From contig NZ_JAUYQU010000288.1 in the NCBI RefSeq assembly GCF_030697065.1, positions 3,722 to 67,721 of the forward strand: a stretch of DNA of 64,000 nt. The letters are read 5' to 3'. The notes beneath the pieces were generated by a model. It saw only the letters and a program-made list of their open reading frames with translations, made no database searches and was not told the origin of the DNA. Source of the stretch: Bradyrhizobium sp. GTDB taxonomy: Bacteria > Pseudomonadota > Alphaproteobacteria > Rhizobiales > Xanthobacteraceae. Position numbers and translations under genes: made by a program. Shown one piece after another: positions 39,256 through 47,950 of this stretch (positions are counted from its first letter, which is position 1; every line of letters starts with the position of its first letter).

Positions 39256-40187
39256 AGGCTGCGCCAAGCTCGCTCGGAACCTTGGCCCTGATCGCCACCG
39301 CCGCGCTGTGGGGCAGCAATCACGTGGTGGCGCGCGCGGCGCGCGAAGCGATACCGCTTCCTTCGCTGGTGTTCTGGCGCTGGCTACCCGCCGCGGTGCT
39401 GTTGACGCTCGTGGCGTTGCCGGCCCTTCGCGAGGCGTGGCCGACAATCCGGCCCCGGCTCGGCGGCTTGATCGTCGGCGGCGCGGTCGGCGTCGGGCTG
39501 TTCTCCTATCTGCTGCTGGGCGGCGCCTATCAGAGCCTGGCCATTGAAGTCGGCTTCATCAATGCCACGACGCCGGTCTGGGTGCTGCTGCTCGGATTAT
39601 GGATGGGCGGCGGCAAGCTCGCGGCGGGCATGAAATGGGGCCTCGCGCTGGCCTTTGCCGGCACGCTTCTCATTATCACCAAGGGGCATCCGGAGGCCTT
39701 GACCGCGCTTTCCTTCAGCCTCGGCAATTTATGGTCGCTGCTGGCGGCGATGGCGTTCGCCTGGTTTTCGATCCGGGTGCGTGACTGGTCCCGCACCATC
39801 GCGCCGCTGGCGCTGACGGTGGTGACGGCCTGGTCGGGACTGATCGTGGTGATGTTGCCGGTTTACGTCGTCTGGATTGTCATGGGTGGGCCCTGGCTGG
39901 TCTGGAACGCCGACGAAACCGGCTTCGCGCTCAAGACGATCGCCTTCATGGCGCTGGGGCCGACCATGCTCGGCAATCTCTTCTATCTCTACGGCGTTGC
40001 CCGCATCGGCCCGGCGCGTGCTGCGGCCTTTCTCTACCTCAGCCCGCTGTTTTCGGCGGTGCTCTCGATCGGCTGGCTCGGTGAGCAACTGGCCTGGTAT
40101 CATATCGCCGGTTTCGCGGCGATCTTCTCGGGATTGCTCGTTCTCGGTTATCCGAACAGCGCGCCAGCGCCGGCTGATCGAGTGTAG
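39252..40187 (+). CDS. DMT/EamA family transporter
   Basis: ATG 39252 overlapping the permease stop; LWGSN..V.R, two EamA repeats, IGPARAA.F.YL.PLF..VL....LGE. Confidence 0.88.
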   Translation: MKAAPSSLGTLALIATAALWGSNHVVARAAREAIPLPSLVFWRWLPAAVLLTLVALPALREAWPTIRPRLGGLIVGGAVGVGLFSYLLLGGAYQSLAIEVGFINATTPVWVLLLGLWMGGGKLAAGMKWGLALAFAGTLLIITKGHPEALTALSFSLGNLWSLLAAMAFAWFSIRVRDWSRTIAPLALTVVTAWSGLIVVMLPVYVVWIVMGGPWLVWNADETGFALKTIAFMALGPTMLGNLFYLYGVARIGPARAAAFLYLSPLFSAVLSIGWLGEQLAWYHIAGFAAIFSGLLVLGYPNSAPAPADRV

Positions 40188-40197
40188 CCGGCTACAG

Positions 40198-41094
40198 CTA
40201 TCGGTGCTTGAACGCCGCCAGCGCCTCGACCACCATCCCCGGCGCTTCCTGCGCCACGCAGTGACCGACCCCCTCGAACGTCCATTGGCTCGCGCCTGGA
40301 ATCAGGGCGACGGCCCTGTCAGACATTTCCTTGTAGATCGGCCAGGATTTTTCGGCGGTTGCAACCCGCACCGGACATTCGATCGCGGACAGCCAGGCGA
40401 AGGGATTGCCGCGTTCATCGCCGGCATAGACCTGCGCCATCGCCTCGAAGATCGGCCCCAGCATAGCGGCCTCGATCTCCGGCGCGCAGAGCAGCCGCAC
40501 CCGGCCGTCCGACTGGGCTTCGAAGCCATGCCGCACATAGGCCCACAGGGCGTGCTCGGACCAGTCGGCGAACGCGGGCGCCGCCCGAAAACGCTGGAAT
40601 GCGGCGGCGGCGCTGTCGAATTCGCGCTGGCGGCGCAGCACGCCCTGCGCATAGGCCTGGCTGTCGCCGCCCGGCGCGCCGCCGGCGGCCGCGCGCGGAT
40701 CCATCACCGTCGGCTCCATCACGAACAGGCGTGAAAATCGCCGCGGCAGCATTTTGGCGGCGAGCAGAAGGTCGGTGGCGCCGGCGCTGTGGCCGACGCC
40801 GAAAATGTCGGTGAGGTCGAGGGTCTCGACCACGGCGCAGAGATCGGATGCGAAATCCAGGAAGTGATATCGCTCCGGCGGCGGCTTGTGGCTGGCGCCG
40901 TGACCGCGGCGGTCGAGGCCGTACACGGTGTATTTGGACGCCAGTTCGCACGCGACCTCGTCCCAGACCTCGGCGACGAAGCCGGTACCGTGCACCAGCA
41001 GCGCGGGCGGCTTGCCGGAATCGCCGTCGCCCCAACGCGCCAGCGCCAGGCGCCCGCCGGCATGGTCGACCCACAGGCGATGCCGGTTCGTCAT
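40198..41094 (-). CDS. Alpha/beta hydrolase
   Basis: LLVHGTG, DRRGHG.S, nucleophile elbow GHSAG, C-terminal GH. Confidence 0.88.
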   Translation of the reverse strand: MTNRHRLWVDHAGGRLALARWGDGDSGKPPALLVHGTGFVAEVWDEVACELASKYTVYGLDRRGHGASHKPPPERYHFLDFASDLCAVVETLDLTDIFGVGHSAGATDLLLAAKMLPRRFSRLFVMEPTVMDPRAAAGGAPGGDSQAYAQGVLRRQREFDSAAAAFQRFRAAPAFADWSEHALWAYVRHGFEAQSDGRVRLLCAPEIEAAMLGPIFEAMAQVYAGDERGNPFAWLSAIECPVRVATAEKSWPIYKEMSDRAVALIPGASQWTFEGVGHCVAQEAPGMVVEALAAFKHR

Positions 41095-42716
41095 GTCGCG
41101 GCGCGCGAATCTTCGAGGATCATCGATGCCCCCTTTTCGGCGATCATCGCCGTCGGCGTATTGGTATTGCCCGACGTGATGGTCGGCATCACGGAGGCGT
41201 CGACCACACGCAGTCCGGCGAGGCCATGAAACCGCAGCCGTTCGTCGACCACGGCCATGGGATCGCTGGCCGTGCCCATCCTCGCGGTGCCGACCGGATG
41301 AAAGATCGTGGTGCCGATATCGCCGGCGGCTTTCGCCAGCGAAGCATCGTCATCGCCGACCGCTGGCCCCGGCAGGTATTCCTGCGGACGATACCGCGCC
41401 AGCGCCGGCTGCTGCATCAGCCGCCTTGTGGTGCGGATGGCGTCGGCGGCAACCTCGCGGTCATCGCCGGTCGACAGATAATTCGGCGCGATCGCCGGCG
41501 CCTCGTCGGCTCTGGCCGAGCGAATCCGCACGGTGCCGCGCGAGGTCGGCTGCAGGTTGCAGGCGCTCACGGTGATCGCGGGAAACCGGTGCAGGGGATC
41601 GCCGAACTTGTCGAGCGACAGCGGCTGCACGTGGAACTGGATATTGGCGCGCTCGCGGCGCGGATCCGAGCGGGTGAAGATGCCGAGCTGCGACGGCGCC
41701 ATGGTCAGCGGTCCGCGGCGGCGGAAGGCATAATCGAGCCCCATCAGGCCGCGCCTCGCCAGCGAGTAATAAGTCTCGTTGAGGGTGCGCACGCCCTGGA
41801 CCTGGTAGATCGCGCGCTGCTGCAGGTGGTCCTGCAGGTTGCGGCCGACGCCTTGGCGGTCGAGCACGGTCTCGATCCCGAGCGGCGCCAGCCAGTCAGC
41901 CGGCCCGATGCCGGAGCGGTGCAGCACCTGGGTCGATCCGATCGAGCCGGCGCACAGGATCACTTCGCCCCTGGCGCGGGCCTCGACTATCTCGCCGCCC
42001 TGGATAAAGCGCACGCCGACGGCGCGGCCCTGCTCGACGATCAGCCGGTCGACCAGCACGTGCTTCTCGAGGCGCAAATTGGGCCGGCTCAATACCGGCT
42101 TCAGGAAGCCCCGCGCCGATGACCAGCGGCGGCCGCGCTTCTGGTTGACATGGAAATAGCCGACGCCCTCATTGTCGCCGGTATTGAAATCGGGAATTTT
42201 CCGGATGCCCATTTCGACCGCGGCATCGCCGACCGCGTCCAGGATGGACCAGGACAGCCGCGGCGCCTCGATCCGCCAGCCGCCGCCGGCGCCGTGATGC
42301 TCGCTGTCGCCGAGGAAGTGATCCTCGAGCCGCCGGAACGCCGGCAGCACATCGTGATAGCCCCAGCCGGTGAGGCCGAGCTGGCGCCAGTGATCGTAGT
42401 CGGCGGCCTGTCCGCGCATCGAGATCATGGCATTGATGGCGGACGAGCCGCCGATCACCTTGCCGCGCGGATAGGCCAGCGATCGGCCGTTCAGTCCGGC
42501 CTCCGGCTCGGTCTTGAACATCCAGTCCGAGCGGGGATTGCCGATCGCAAAGAGATAGCCGACCGGGATATGAAACCAGATCCAGTTGTCGTTGCCGCCG
42601 GCCTCCAGGATCAGGACGCGTTTGTTCGGATCGGCTGACAGCCGGTTGGCGACGATGCATCCCGCGGTGCCCGCGCCGACGACGATGTAGTCGAAATCAC
42701 CCTCAAGCCGCTTCAT
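41091..42716 (-). CDS. GMC family FAD oxidoreductase (choline dehydrogenase-like)
   Basis: FDYIVVGAGTAGC, PRGKVIGGSSAINAM, G.NLQDH, TIFHPVGT.RMG, LRVVDASVMP...SGNTN.P..MIAEK. Confidence 0.93.
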   Translation of the reverse strand: MKRLEGDFDYIVVGAGTAGCIVANRLSADPNKRVLILEAGGNDNWIWFHIPVGYLFAIGNPRSDWMFKTEPEAGLNGRSLAYPRGKVIGGSSAINAMISMRGQAADYDHWRQLGLTGWGYHDVLPAFRRLEDHFLGDSEHHGAGGGWRIEAPRLSWSILDAVGDAAVEMGIRKIPDFNTGDNEGVGYFHVNQKRGRRWSSARGFLKPVLSRPNLRLEKHVLVDRLIVEQGRAVGVRFIQGGEIVEARARGEVILCAGSIGSTQVLHRSGIGPADWLAPLGIETVLDRQGVGRNLQDHLQQRAIYQVQGVRTLNETYYSLARRGLMGLDYAFRRRGPLTMAPSQLGIFTRSDPRRERANIQFHVQPLSLDKFGDPLHRFPAITVSACNLQPTSRGTVRIRSARADEAPAIAPNYLSTGDDREVAADAIRTTRRLMQQPALARYRPQEYLPGPAVGDDDASLAKAAGDIGTTIFHPVGTARMGTASDPMAVVDERLRFHGLAGLRVVDASVMPTITSGNTNTPTAMIAEKGASMILEDSRAAT

Positions 42717-42858
42717 TAGCCACCACCGCGCCGCCCACCATGGGCTCAAAGGCCATACCGTCGCGGCTGCCCGCTGTACAGCGCCGCAGGGCCATTGGGC
42801 GGACCGCCCCTTGCATGCTAGACAGGACCAAATCGCTCCAACCCAACCGAGACACCCC

Positions 42859-44031
42859 ATGCCCATCGTCAATCGCGTCGCCGATCTGCAACCCGATATC
42901 CAGGCCTGGCGCCGCGATATCCATCAGCATCCCGAATTGATGTACGACGTGCACCGCACTGCGGCATTCGTGGCGGACCGGTTACGGGAATTCGGTTGCG
43001 ACGAGGTGGCGACCGGCCTCGGCCGCACCGGGGTGGTCGGCGTCATCCGGGGCCGCAAGTCCGCCGGCGCGGGCGACGTCAAGGTGATCGGGCTGCGCGC
43101 CGACATGGATGCGCTGCCGATCGAGGAAGAGACCAATCTGCCCTATGCCTCCAGGACGCCCGGCAAGATGCATGCCTGCGGCCATGACGGGCATACCGCC
43201 ATGCTGCTGGGCGCGGCCCGCTATCTCGCCGAAACCCGGAATTTCGCCGGCGATGCGGTGGTGATCTTCCAGCCGGCGGAGGAGGGCGGGGCAGGTGCCG
43301 CCGCGATGATCGAGGACGGGTTGATGGACCGCTTCGCCATCGATCAGGTCTATGGCATGCATAATGGTCCGGGCATCCCGATCGGCTCGTTTGCGATCCG
43401 GCCGGGCCCGATCATGGCGGCGACCGATGCGATCGATATCCGGATCGAGGGATTGGGCGGCCACGCGGCGCGGCCGCACAAGTGCATCGATTCGGTTCTG
43501 GTCGGCGCGCAGCTGATCACGGCGCTGCAATCGATCGTCTCGCGCACCGTCGATCCCCTGGAATCCGCCGTGATTTCGATGTGCGAATTCCATGCCGGCA
43601 ACGCGCGCAACGTGATCCCGCAAACCGCGGAACTGAAGGGCACCGTTCGCACCCTGACGGACGAGGTGAGGGAACTGGTGGAGAAGCGGGTGCGCGAGGT
43701 CGTCGCCGGTGTGGCGCAGATGACCGGCGCCAAAATCGACCTGGTGTACGAACGCGGCTATCCCGTGGTGGTCAACCATGCCTCGCAGACCGACTTCGCA
43801 ACCCAGGTCGCGAAGGAAGTCGCCGGCGACGCCAATGTTCACGACATGGTGCCGCTGATGGGCGCGGAGGATTTCGCCTACATGCTGGAGAAGCGTCCCG
43901 GTGCGTTCATTTTCTGCGGCAACGGCGACAGCGCCGGACTGCACCATCCCGCCTACAATTTCAACGACGACGCGATCGTCTACGGCACCTCGTACTGGAT
44001 CAAGCTGGTGGAGAACACGCTGGCGGCGTGA
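42859..44031 (+). CDS. M20 family amidohydrolase (HipO-like)
   Basis: RRDIHQHPEL, LRADMDALPI.E, MHACGHDGH, FQPAEEGG, MGAEDF, LHHP.YNF. Confidence 0.94.
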   Translation: MPIVNRVADLQPDIQAWRRDIHQHPELMYDVHRTAAFVADRLREFGCDEVATGLGRTGVVGVIRGRKSAGAGDVKVIGLRADMDALPIEEETNLPYASRTPGKMHACGHDGHTAMLLGAARYLAETRNFAGDAVVIFQPAEEGGAGAAAMIEDGLMDRFAIDQVYGMHNGPGIPIGSFAIRPGPIMAATDAIDIRIEGLGGHAARPHKCIDSVLVGAQLITALQSIVSRTVDPLESAVISMCEFHAGNARNVIPQTAELKGTVRTLTDEVRELVEKRVREVVAGVAQMTGAKIDLVYERGYPVVVNHASQTDFATQVAKEVAGDANVHDMVPLMGAEDFAYMLEKRPGAFIFCGNGDSAGLHHPAYNFNDDAIVYGTSYWIKLVENTLAA

Positions 44032-44043
44032 GGCGTTTCACCT

Positions 44044-44173
44044 GTGTCCGGGCGCGGCGCAGCGCTCCCGGGCAGGTGCCGCGGAGCCGGGCAAACGTTG
44101 GTACGCTTCAGCTTTACAGGATGGGACCCGGGTCCCGTGCCGCAAGACCGGCACGCTACGCGGCGTCCGGGGC
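44044..44173. repeat. Intergenic palindromic REP/MITE-like element
   Basis: Imperfect terminal IR TCCGGGCGCGGCGCAGCG (44047) / CGCTACGCGGCGTCCGGG (44154-44171); internal perfect palindrome GGGACCCGGGTCCC (44123-44136); hairpin GTGCCG-N6-CGGCAC. Confidence 0.6.
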
Positions 44174-44285
44174 TAGGGTCGCTACGCAACGCGCCGGACT
44201 TGAGAACCGACGGCACAGTAATGTCACAATTAAAGGTTGTGCAACGAAATGTCAAATCCTTCTGCTGACTATCCATATGAATGGG

Positions 44286-45734
44286 CTACGCCTCTCGCGC
44301 CGATTTCCGCAGGATTGCGGACGCTATCCTGAGGTCATCGACGAAGCGTTGATATTCCAGCGCTTTTGCGTCCGCGTCTGGTAGCCGCAACAGATAGGAC
44401 GGATGCACCGTAGCGAGGGCCTTGGTGCCGTTATCGAGATCGAGCAAGCGGCCGCGGGTCTTGTTGATCCGCATGATCCTGCCGAACACGGTTTGCGCCG
44501 CGGTGGCGCCCATCGCCACCACCAGGTCGGGTTTGATCGACGCAAGTTCGCGTTCGTACCATGGCCGGCATGCCCTGATTTCCGACGCACTCGGTTTCTG
44601 GTGCAGGCGGATTTTTCCACGCGGCACGAACTTGAAATGCTTGACGGCATTGGTGACGTAAACCTTGTCGCGCGCGATGCCGGCTTGCTCCAGAGCCCGG
44701 TCGAGCATCTGGCCGGCAGGTCCCACGAACGGCTTTCCTGCAAGGTCTTCCCTGTCGCCGGGCTGCTCGCCGACCAGCATCAAGGTTGCCTGCCGCGGAC
44801 CTTCGCCGAACACGGTCTGGGTCGCGTCTTTCCACAGCGGACAGGCGCGGCAATCGGCGGCCTCCTCGCGCAGCGTCGCGATATCGCCTGATGGGATTGG
44901 ATGTTGACGCGGCACGGCTGGTTCCGGCCGCTTCTGCGGCTTGTGCGGCGCAGTTGCGGCATTGGCGATCATGGCGCCTGTCAGGCGTTCCGCGCCTTCG
45001 ATCAAGGGCTTGATCAGCGAAGCCTCCGGCAGGTTCCGCCAATATTTCTTCGGCATCTCCTTCTGCATGGCCTTCGCCTTGAGCCGCGCAGGGTTGAAAA
45101 TGCTGGCGTAATAACGCCGCCAGGTTTCTTCCAGCCGGTCTTCCGTCGGCGCGTCGGCCCTGGATACGCCCGGCGTGATCGAGATGGCATGCCCGTCCCA
45201 ATGCGCGCACGCTTCCGGCGTCAGGATCGACCACGCCATGTCGGCGAACCGGCGCGCGAAAAACGGCGCCGCCAGTTCGACGATGTGATGCTCCGGCTCG
45301 AACCAGGCCACGTAATGGGAATTTTGCTCGCGGCCGATTGCACGGAAGCGGACGAAGGCGTGCATCTTGTGCTCGTCGCGGTGTACGGCCCGGGTCATCG
45401 CCATGACCTGCGCGACGTCGGGATCGGTCGCGACATCGAGCAGATCGTGATTGCGTGGCAGCCGCCACAGCAGGCGGTAGAGCAGCGCAAACCGTTCGGG
45501 ATGGCGGTGCAGGATCGCCGATTGCGCGAGATCGACGAATTTGGCCGGTACGCTGAACGTGCCTGATGGGGTTTGCAGCGGCTGTGCGTCGTCAGGCGGC
45601 TCGAACAATTCGGGCTGGCCGCCGCGCACGCACCATGTCACCTCTTCCGGCTTGACCTCGTTCAGCACGAGCGCCCGCGCCGCTTGCCGCCAGCCGTCGA
45701 AATCCGTTTCGCTGTCGAGCGTGATGTGCCTCAA
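44286..45734 (-). CDS. DUF4130 (TIGR03915-like) fused to a UdgX-type family-4 uracil-DNA glycosylase
   Basis: N-terminal V.RD.HKMHAFVRFR, WFEP.HHIV...APFFARRF..M.WSILTP, WRRYY.SIFNPARLK..AM..EMPKKYW.NLPEA. C-terminal CRACPL, TQTVFGEG, GEQPGD.ED..G.PFVGPAG, TNAVKHFKF, RGKIRLHQKP, HPSYLLR. Confidence 0.9.
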   Translation of the reverse strand: MRHITLDSETDFDGWRQAARALVLNEVKPEEVTWCVRGGQPELFEPPDDAQPLQTPSGTFSVPAKFVDLAQSAILHRHPERFALLYRLLWRLPRNHDLLDVATDPDVAQVMAMTRAVHRDEHKMHAFVRFRAIGREQNSHYVAWFEPEHHIVELAAPFFARRFADMAWSILTPEACAHWDGHAISITPGVSRADAPTEDRLEETWRRYYASIFNPARLKAKAMQKEMPKKYWRNLPEASLIKPLIEGAERLTGAMIANAATAPHKPQKRPEPAVPRQHPIPSGDIATLREEAADCRACPLWKDATQTVFGEGPRQATLMLVGEQPGDREDLAGKPFVGPAGQMLDRALEQAGIARDKVYVTNAVKHFKFVPRGKIRLHQKPSASEIRACRPWYERELASIKPDLVVAMGATAAQTVFGRIMRINKTRGRLLDLDNGTKALATVHPSYLLRLPDADAKALEYQRFVDDLRIASAILRKSAREA

Positions 45735-46969
45735 AATCCAAACCCCAGTTGCGTCGCCTTCGGCTTGAATCGCTCCGCCAGCCGTGCGCCATCCAGCAGA
45801 TTCGGTGACGGCCGGTGATCGCTGAGAACAATGAAGGGCAGGGCCTTGTTCCGGGGAATGTGCAGGCGGGCGAGATCGGCAGCACGGATTGATGTGATCC
45901 GCCTTGTGGCGATGATGCGGTCCACCGCCCTGGTGCCGAAGCCGGGGACGCGCAATAGGTCCTCGCGGCTGGCGCGGTTGACGTCGAGCGGAAATCGCTC
46001 GCGATGCCGCAGCGCCCAGGCCAGTTTCGGATCGATGTCGAGCGACAGCATGCCGGCGGTTTTGTCGACGATCTCGCCGACATCGAACCCGTAAAACCGC
46101 ATCAGCCAGTCGGCCTGATAAAGCCGGTGTTCCCTGATCAGTGGCGGCGCGCTCAGGGGCAGAGCGTGACTGGCATCGGGGATCGGGCTGAACGCGGAGT
46201 AATAGACCCGCTTGAGCTTGTAGGAGCCGTACAGATTGGCGCTGGTGTTGAGGATGGTCTGGTCGTTGGCGGAATCGGCGCCAATGATCATCTGGGTGCT
46301 CTGGCCGGCCGGCGCGAATTTCGCTGCGGTGTTGCCCTTCGGCGTAACCTTGCGGCCTTCGCGTGCTTCATCGAGCCTCAAACGCAGCCGGCCCATGGTG
46401 CGGCGGATCGCGCGCACGTCTTTCTCCGGGGCGAGCCTGGCGAGGCTGGCTTCTTCCGGTACTTCGATATTGATGCTGAGACGGTCGGCATAGTGGCCGG
46501 CTTCCGCGATCAGCGCGTCGTCGGCTTCCGGAATGGTTTTGAGATGGATGTAACCGCGAAAATGATGTTCCTCGCGCAGCTTGCGCGCGACGCCGACCAC
46601 CTGCTCCATGGTGTAGTCGGCACTGCGGATGATGCCCGAGGAAAGAAACAATCCCTCGATGTAGTTGCGACGATAGAAGTCGAGAGTCAGTTTGACGACT
46701 TCATCGACGGTGAAGCGGGCGCGCGGCACGTTGCTGCTGGCGCGGTTGACGCAATAAAGGCAGTCGTAATTGCAGGCGTTGGTGAGCAGGATCTTCAGCA
46801 GCGAGATGCAGCGGCCATCCGGCGCGTAGGAATGGCAGATGCCCATGCCCTCGGTCGAGCCGACGCCCTTGCCATCGCGGCTGTCGCGCCTTTCGGTGCC
46901 GCTGGACGCGCAGGACGCGTCATATTTGGCAGCATCCGCCAGGATCTCCAGTTTACGCTGCACATCCAT
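45731..46969 (-). CDS. Putative DNA modification/repair radical SAM protein with HhH motif (TIGR03916-like)
   Basis: KL.ILADAAKYDASC.SSG, GICHSY.PDGRCISLLKIL.TN.C.YDC.YC, NYIEGLFLSSG, REHRLYQADWL.RFYGF, VN.A.RE.LLRVPG.G; ATGA overlap with the UDG fusion. Confidence 0.92.
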   Translation of the reverse strand: MDVQRKLEILADAAKYDASCASSGTERRDSRDGKGVGSTEGMGICHSYAPDGRCISLLKILLTNACNYDCLYCVNRASSNVPRARFTVDEVVKLTLDFYRRNYIEGLFLSSGIIRSADYTMEQVVGVARKLREEHHFRGYIHLKTIPEADDALIAEAGHYADRLSINIEVPEEASLARLAPEKDVRAIRRTMGRLRLRLDEAREGRKVTPKGNTAAKFAPAGQSTQMIIGADSANDQTILNTSANLYGSYKLKRVYYSAFSPIPDASHALPLSAPPLIREHRLYQADWLMRFYGFDVGEIVDKTAGMLSLDIDPKLAWALRHRERFPLDVNRASREDLLRVPGFGTRAVDRIIATRRITSIRAADLARLHIPRNKALPFIVLSDHRPSPNLLDGARLAERFKPKATQLGFGF

Positions 46970-47050
46970 CCGAAATCCCTTTGATTCCATTCATGAATCG
47001 GCTGGATGCCGATCCTGATTGACTCTCTCGTCCCTATTAGCTTTATATTA

Positions 47051-47065
47051 GAACATATCATGAAC
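47051..47065. promoter_or_regulatory. Alphaproteobacterial LexA (SOS) box
   Basis: GAAC-ATATCAT-GAAC (GAAC-N7-GAAC; GTTC-N7-GTTC on the minus strand) in the 156-bp divergent gap. TTGACT (47019) and TATATT (47044) lie just upstream on the plus strand. Confidence 0.9.
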
Positions 47066-47125
47066 AAATGAGCCAGCTTCTGGTTCTCTCGAACCAGTGA
47101 CGGCCACCACCCAGGGGAACGGCGC

Positions 47126-47950
47126 ATGACCGGCGCACGCACGAACACGCTTGCGAGTTTGCGCGGCAGCATCGAGCGCATCGAGGCGCATGCCGACGCG
47201 TCGGCGCCTGCGCGCGTGGCGCTCGGGCATGCGGAGGCCGATGCGACGCTGCAGGGCGGTCTCGCGCCGGCCGCGGTGCACGAGGTATTTGCCGAGGGAC
47301 GGCAGAGCGCCGCGGCGACCGGGTTCATCGCAGGCCTTGCGGGACTCGCCAGCCTCGTAAGCCACGCGGGGCGCGCGGGCTACGCGGCGGCACGGCGGCC
47401 CCTGGTGTGGATCCGGCAGGATTTTGCCGAGATCGAATCCGGCGCGCTGTCGATGGCCGGCCTTGCCGAACTCGGCCTCGATCCGCGCCGCGTGGTGACC
47501 GTGCGCGCCGCCGACGTCGACGCCGCGCTGCGGACCGCCGCCGACGCGCTGGCCTGCGATGCGCTGGGCGCGGTGGTGCTGGAAGTCTGGGGCGAAGCCC
47601 GACAGTTCGATCTCGTCGCCAGCCGGAAGCTGACGCTGGCGGCGCAGGCCTCCGGCGTCACCGGATTGTTGCTGCGGGTGGCGGCGCAGCCCCAGCCCTC
47701 GACGGCGGAGACGCGATGGATCGTGCGCGCGGCACATTCGCCGCCCGCCTCGGTCGGGAGCGCGTGGGGCGCGCCGGTGTTCGACGCGCAACTCGTCCGC
47801 AATCGTCATGGCCCTGTCGGGCGGTGGATCATGGAATGGAAATGTGATGAGTGCCTTTTCGCGAAACCGTCGGCGTATCCTCAGCCTGTGGCTGCCGCGC
47901 CTGCCCATCGACCGCATCAAGCGCGCGCGCCGGAGCGCCGCGCCGGGTAA
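47126..47950 (+). CDS. imuA: ImuA (RecA-like mutasome accessory)
   Basis: LGH...DA.L.GGL...AVHEVF, LVWIRQD, GLAELGLDP.R, ALAC..LGAVVLE.WG, SRKL.LAA..SG, STAETRW.V.AA.S; first gene of imuA-imuB-dnaE2. Confidence 0.88.
   Translation: MTGARTNTLASLRGSIERIEAHADASAPARVALGHAEADATLQGGLAPAAVHEVFAEGRQSAAATGFIAGLAGLASLVSHAGRAGYAAARRPLVWIRQDFAEIESGALSMAGLAELGLDPRRVVTVRAADVDAALRTAADALACDALGAVVLEVWGEARQFDLVASRKLTLAAQASGVTGLLLRVAAQPQPSTAETRWIVRAAHSPPASVGSAWGAPVFDAQLVRNRHGPVGRWIMEWKCDECLFAKPSAYPQPVAAAPAHRPHQARAPERRAG

Noticed and set aside
30700-40200. Genomic island or mobile element carrying the catabolic genes
   Set aside because: No integrase, transposase, tRNA target, flanking direct repeats or evident composition shift.
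43980-44276. 98-aa ORF running through the intergenic repeat
   Set aside because: It translates the palindromic element and overlaps the amidohydrolase 3' end in antisense; no coding signature.
47080-47097. CTGGTTC-TCTC-GAACCAG as a second LexA site
   Set aside because: It is an inverted repeat; alphaproteobacterial LexA binds the direct repeat GTTC-N7-GTTC. It may be a small leader hairpin.
47847-47950. imuA/imuB 104-bp overlap as a frameshift or pseudogene
   Set aside because: Both frames are intact with family motifs at their termini; overlap of imuA and imuB is common in this cassette.
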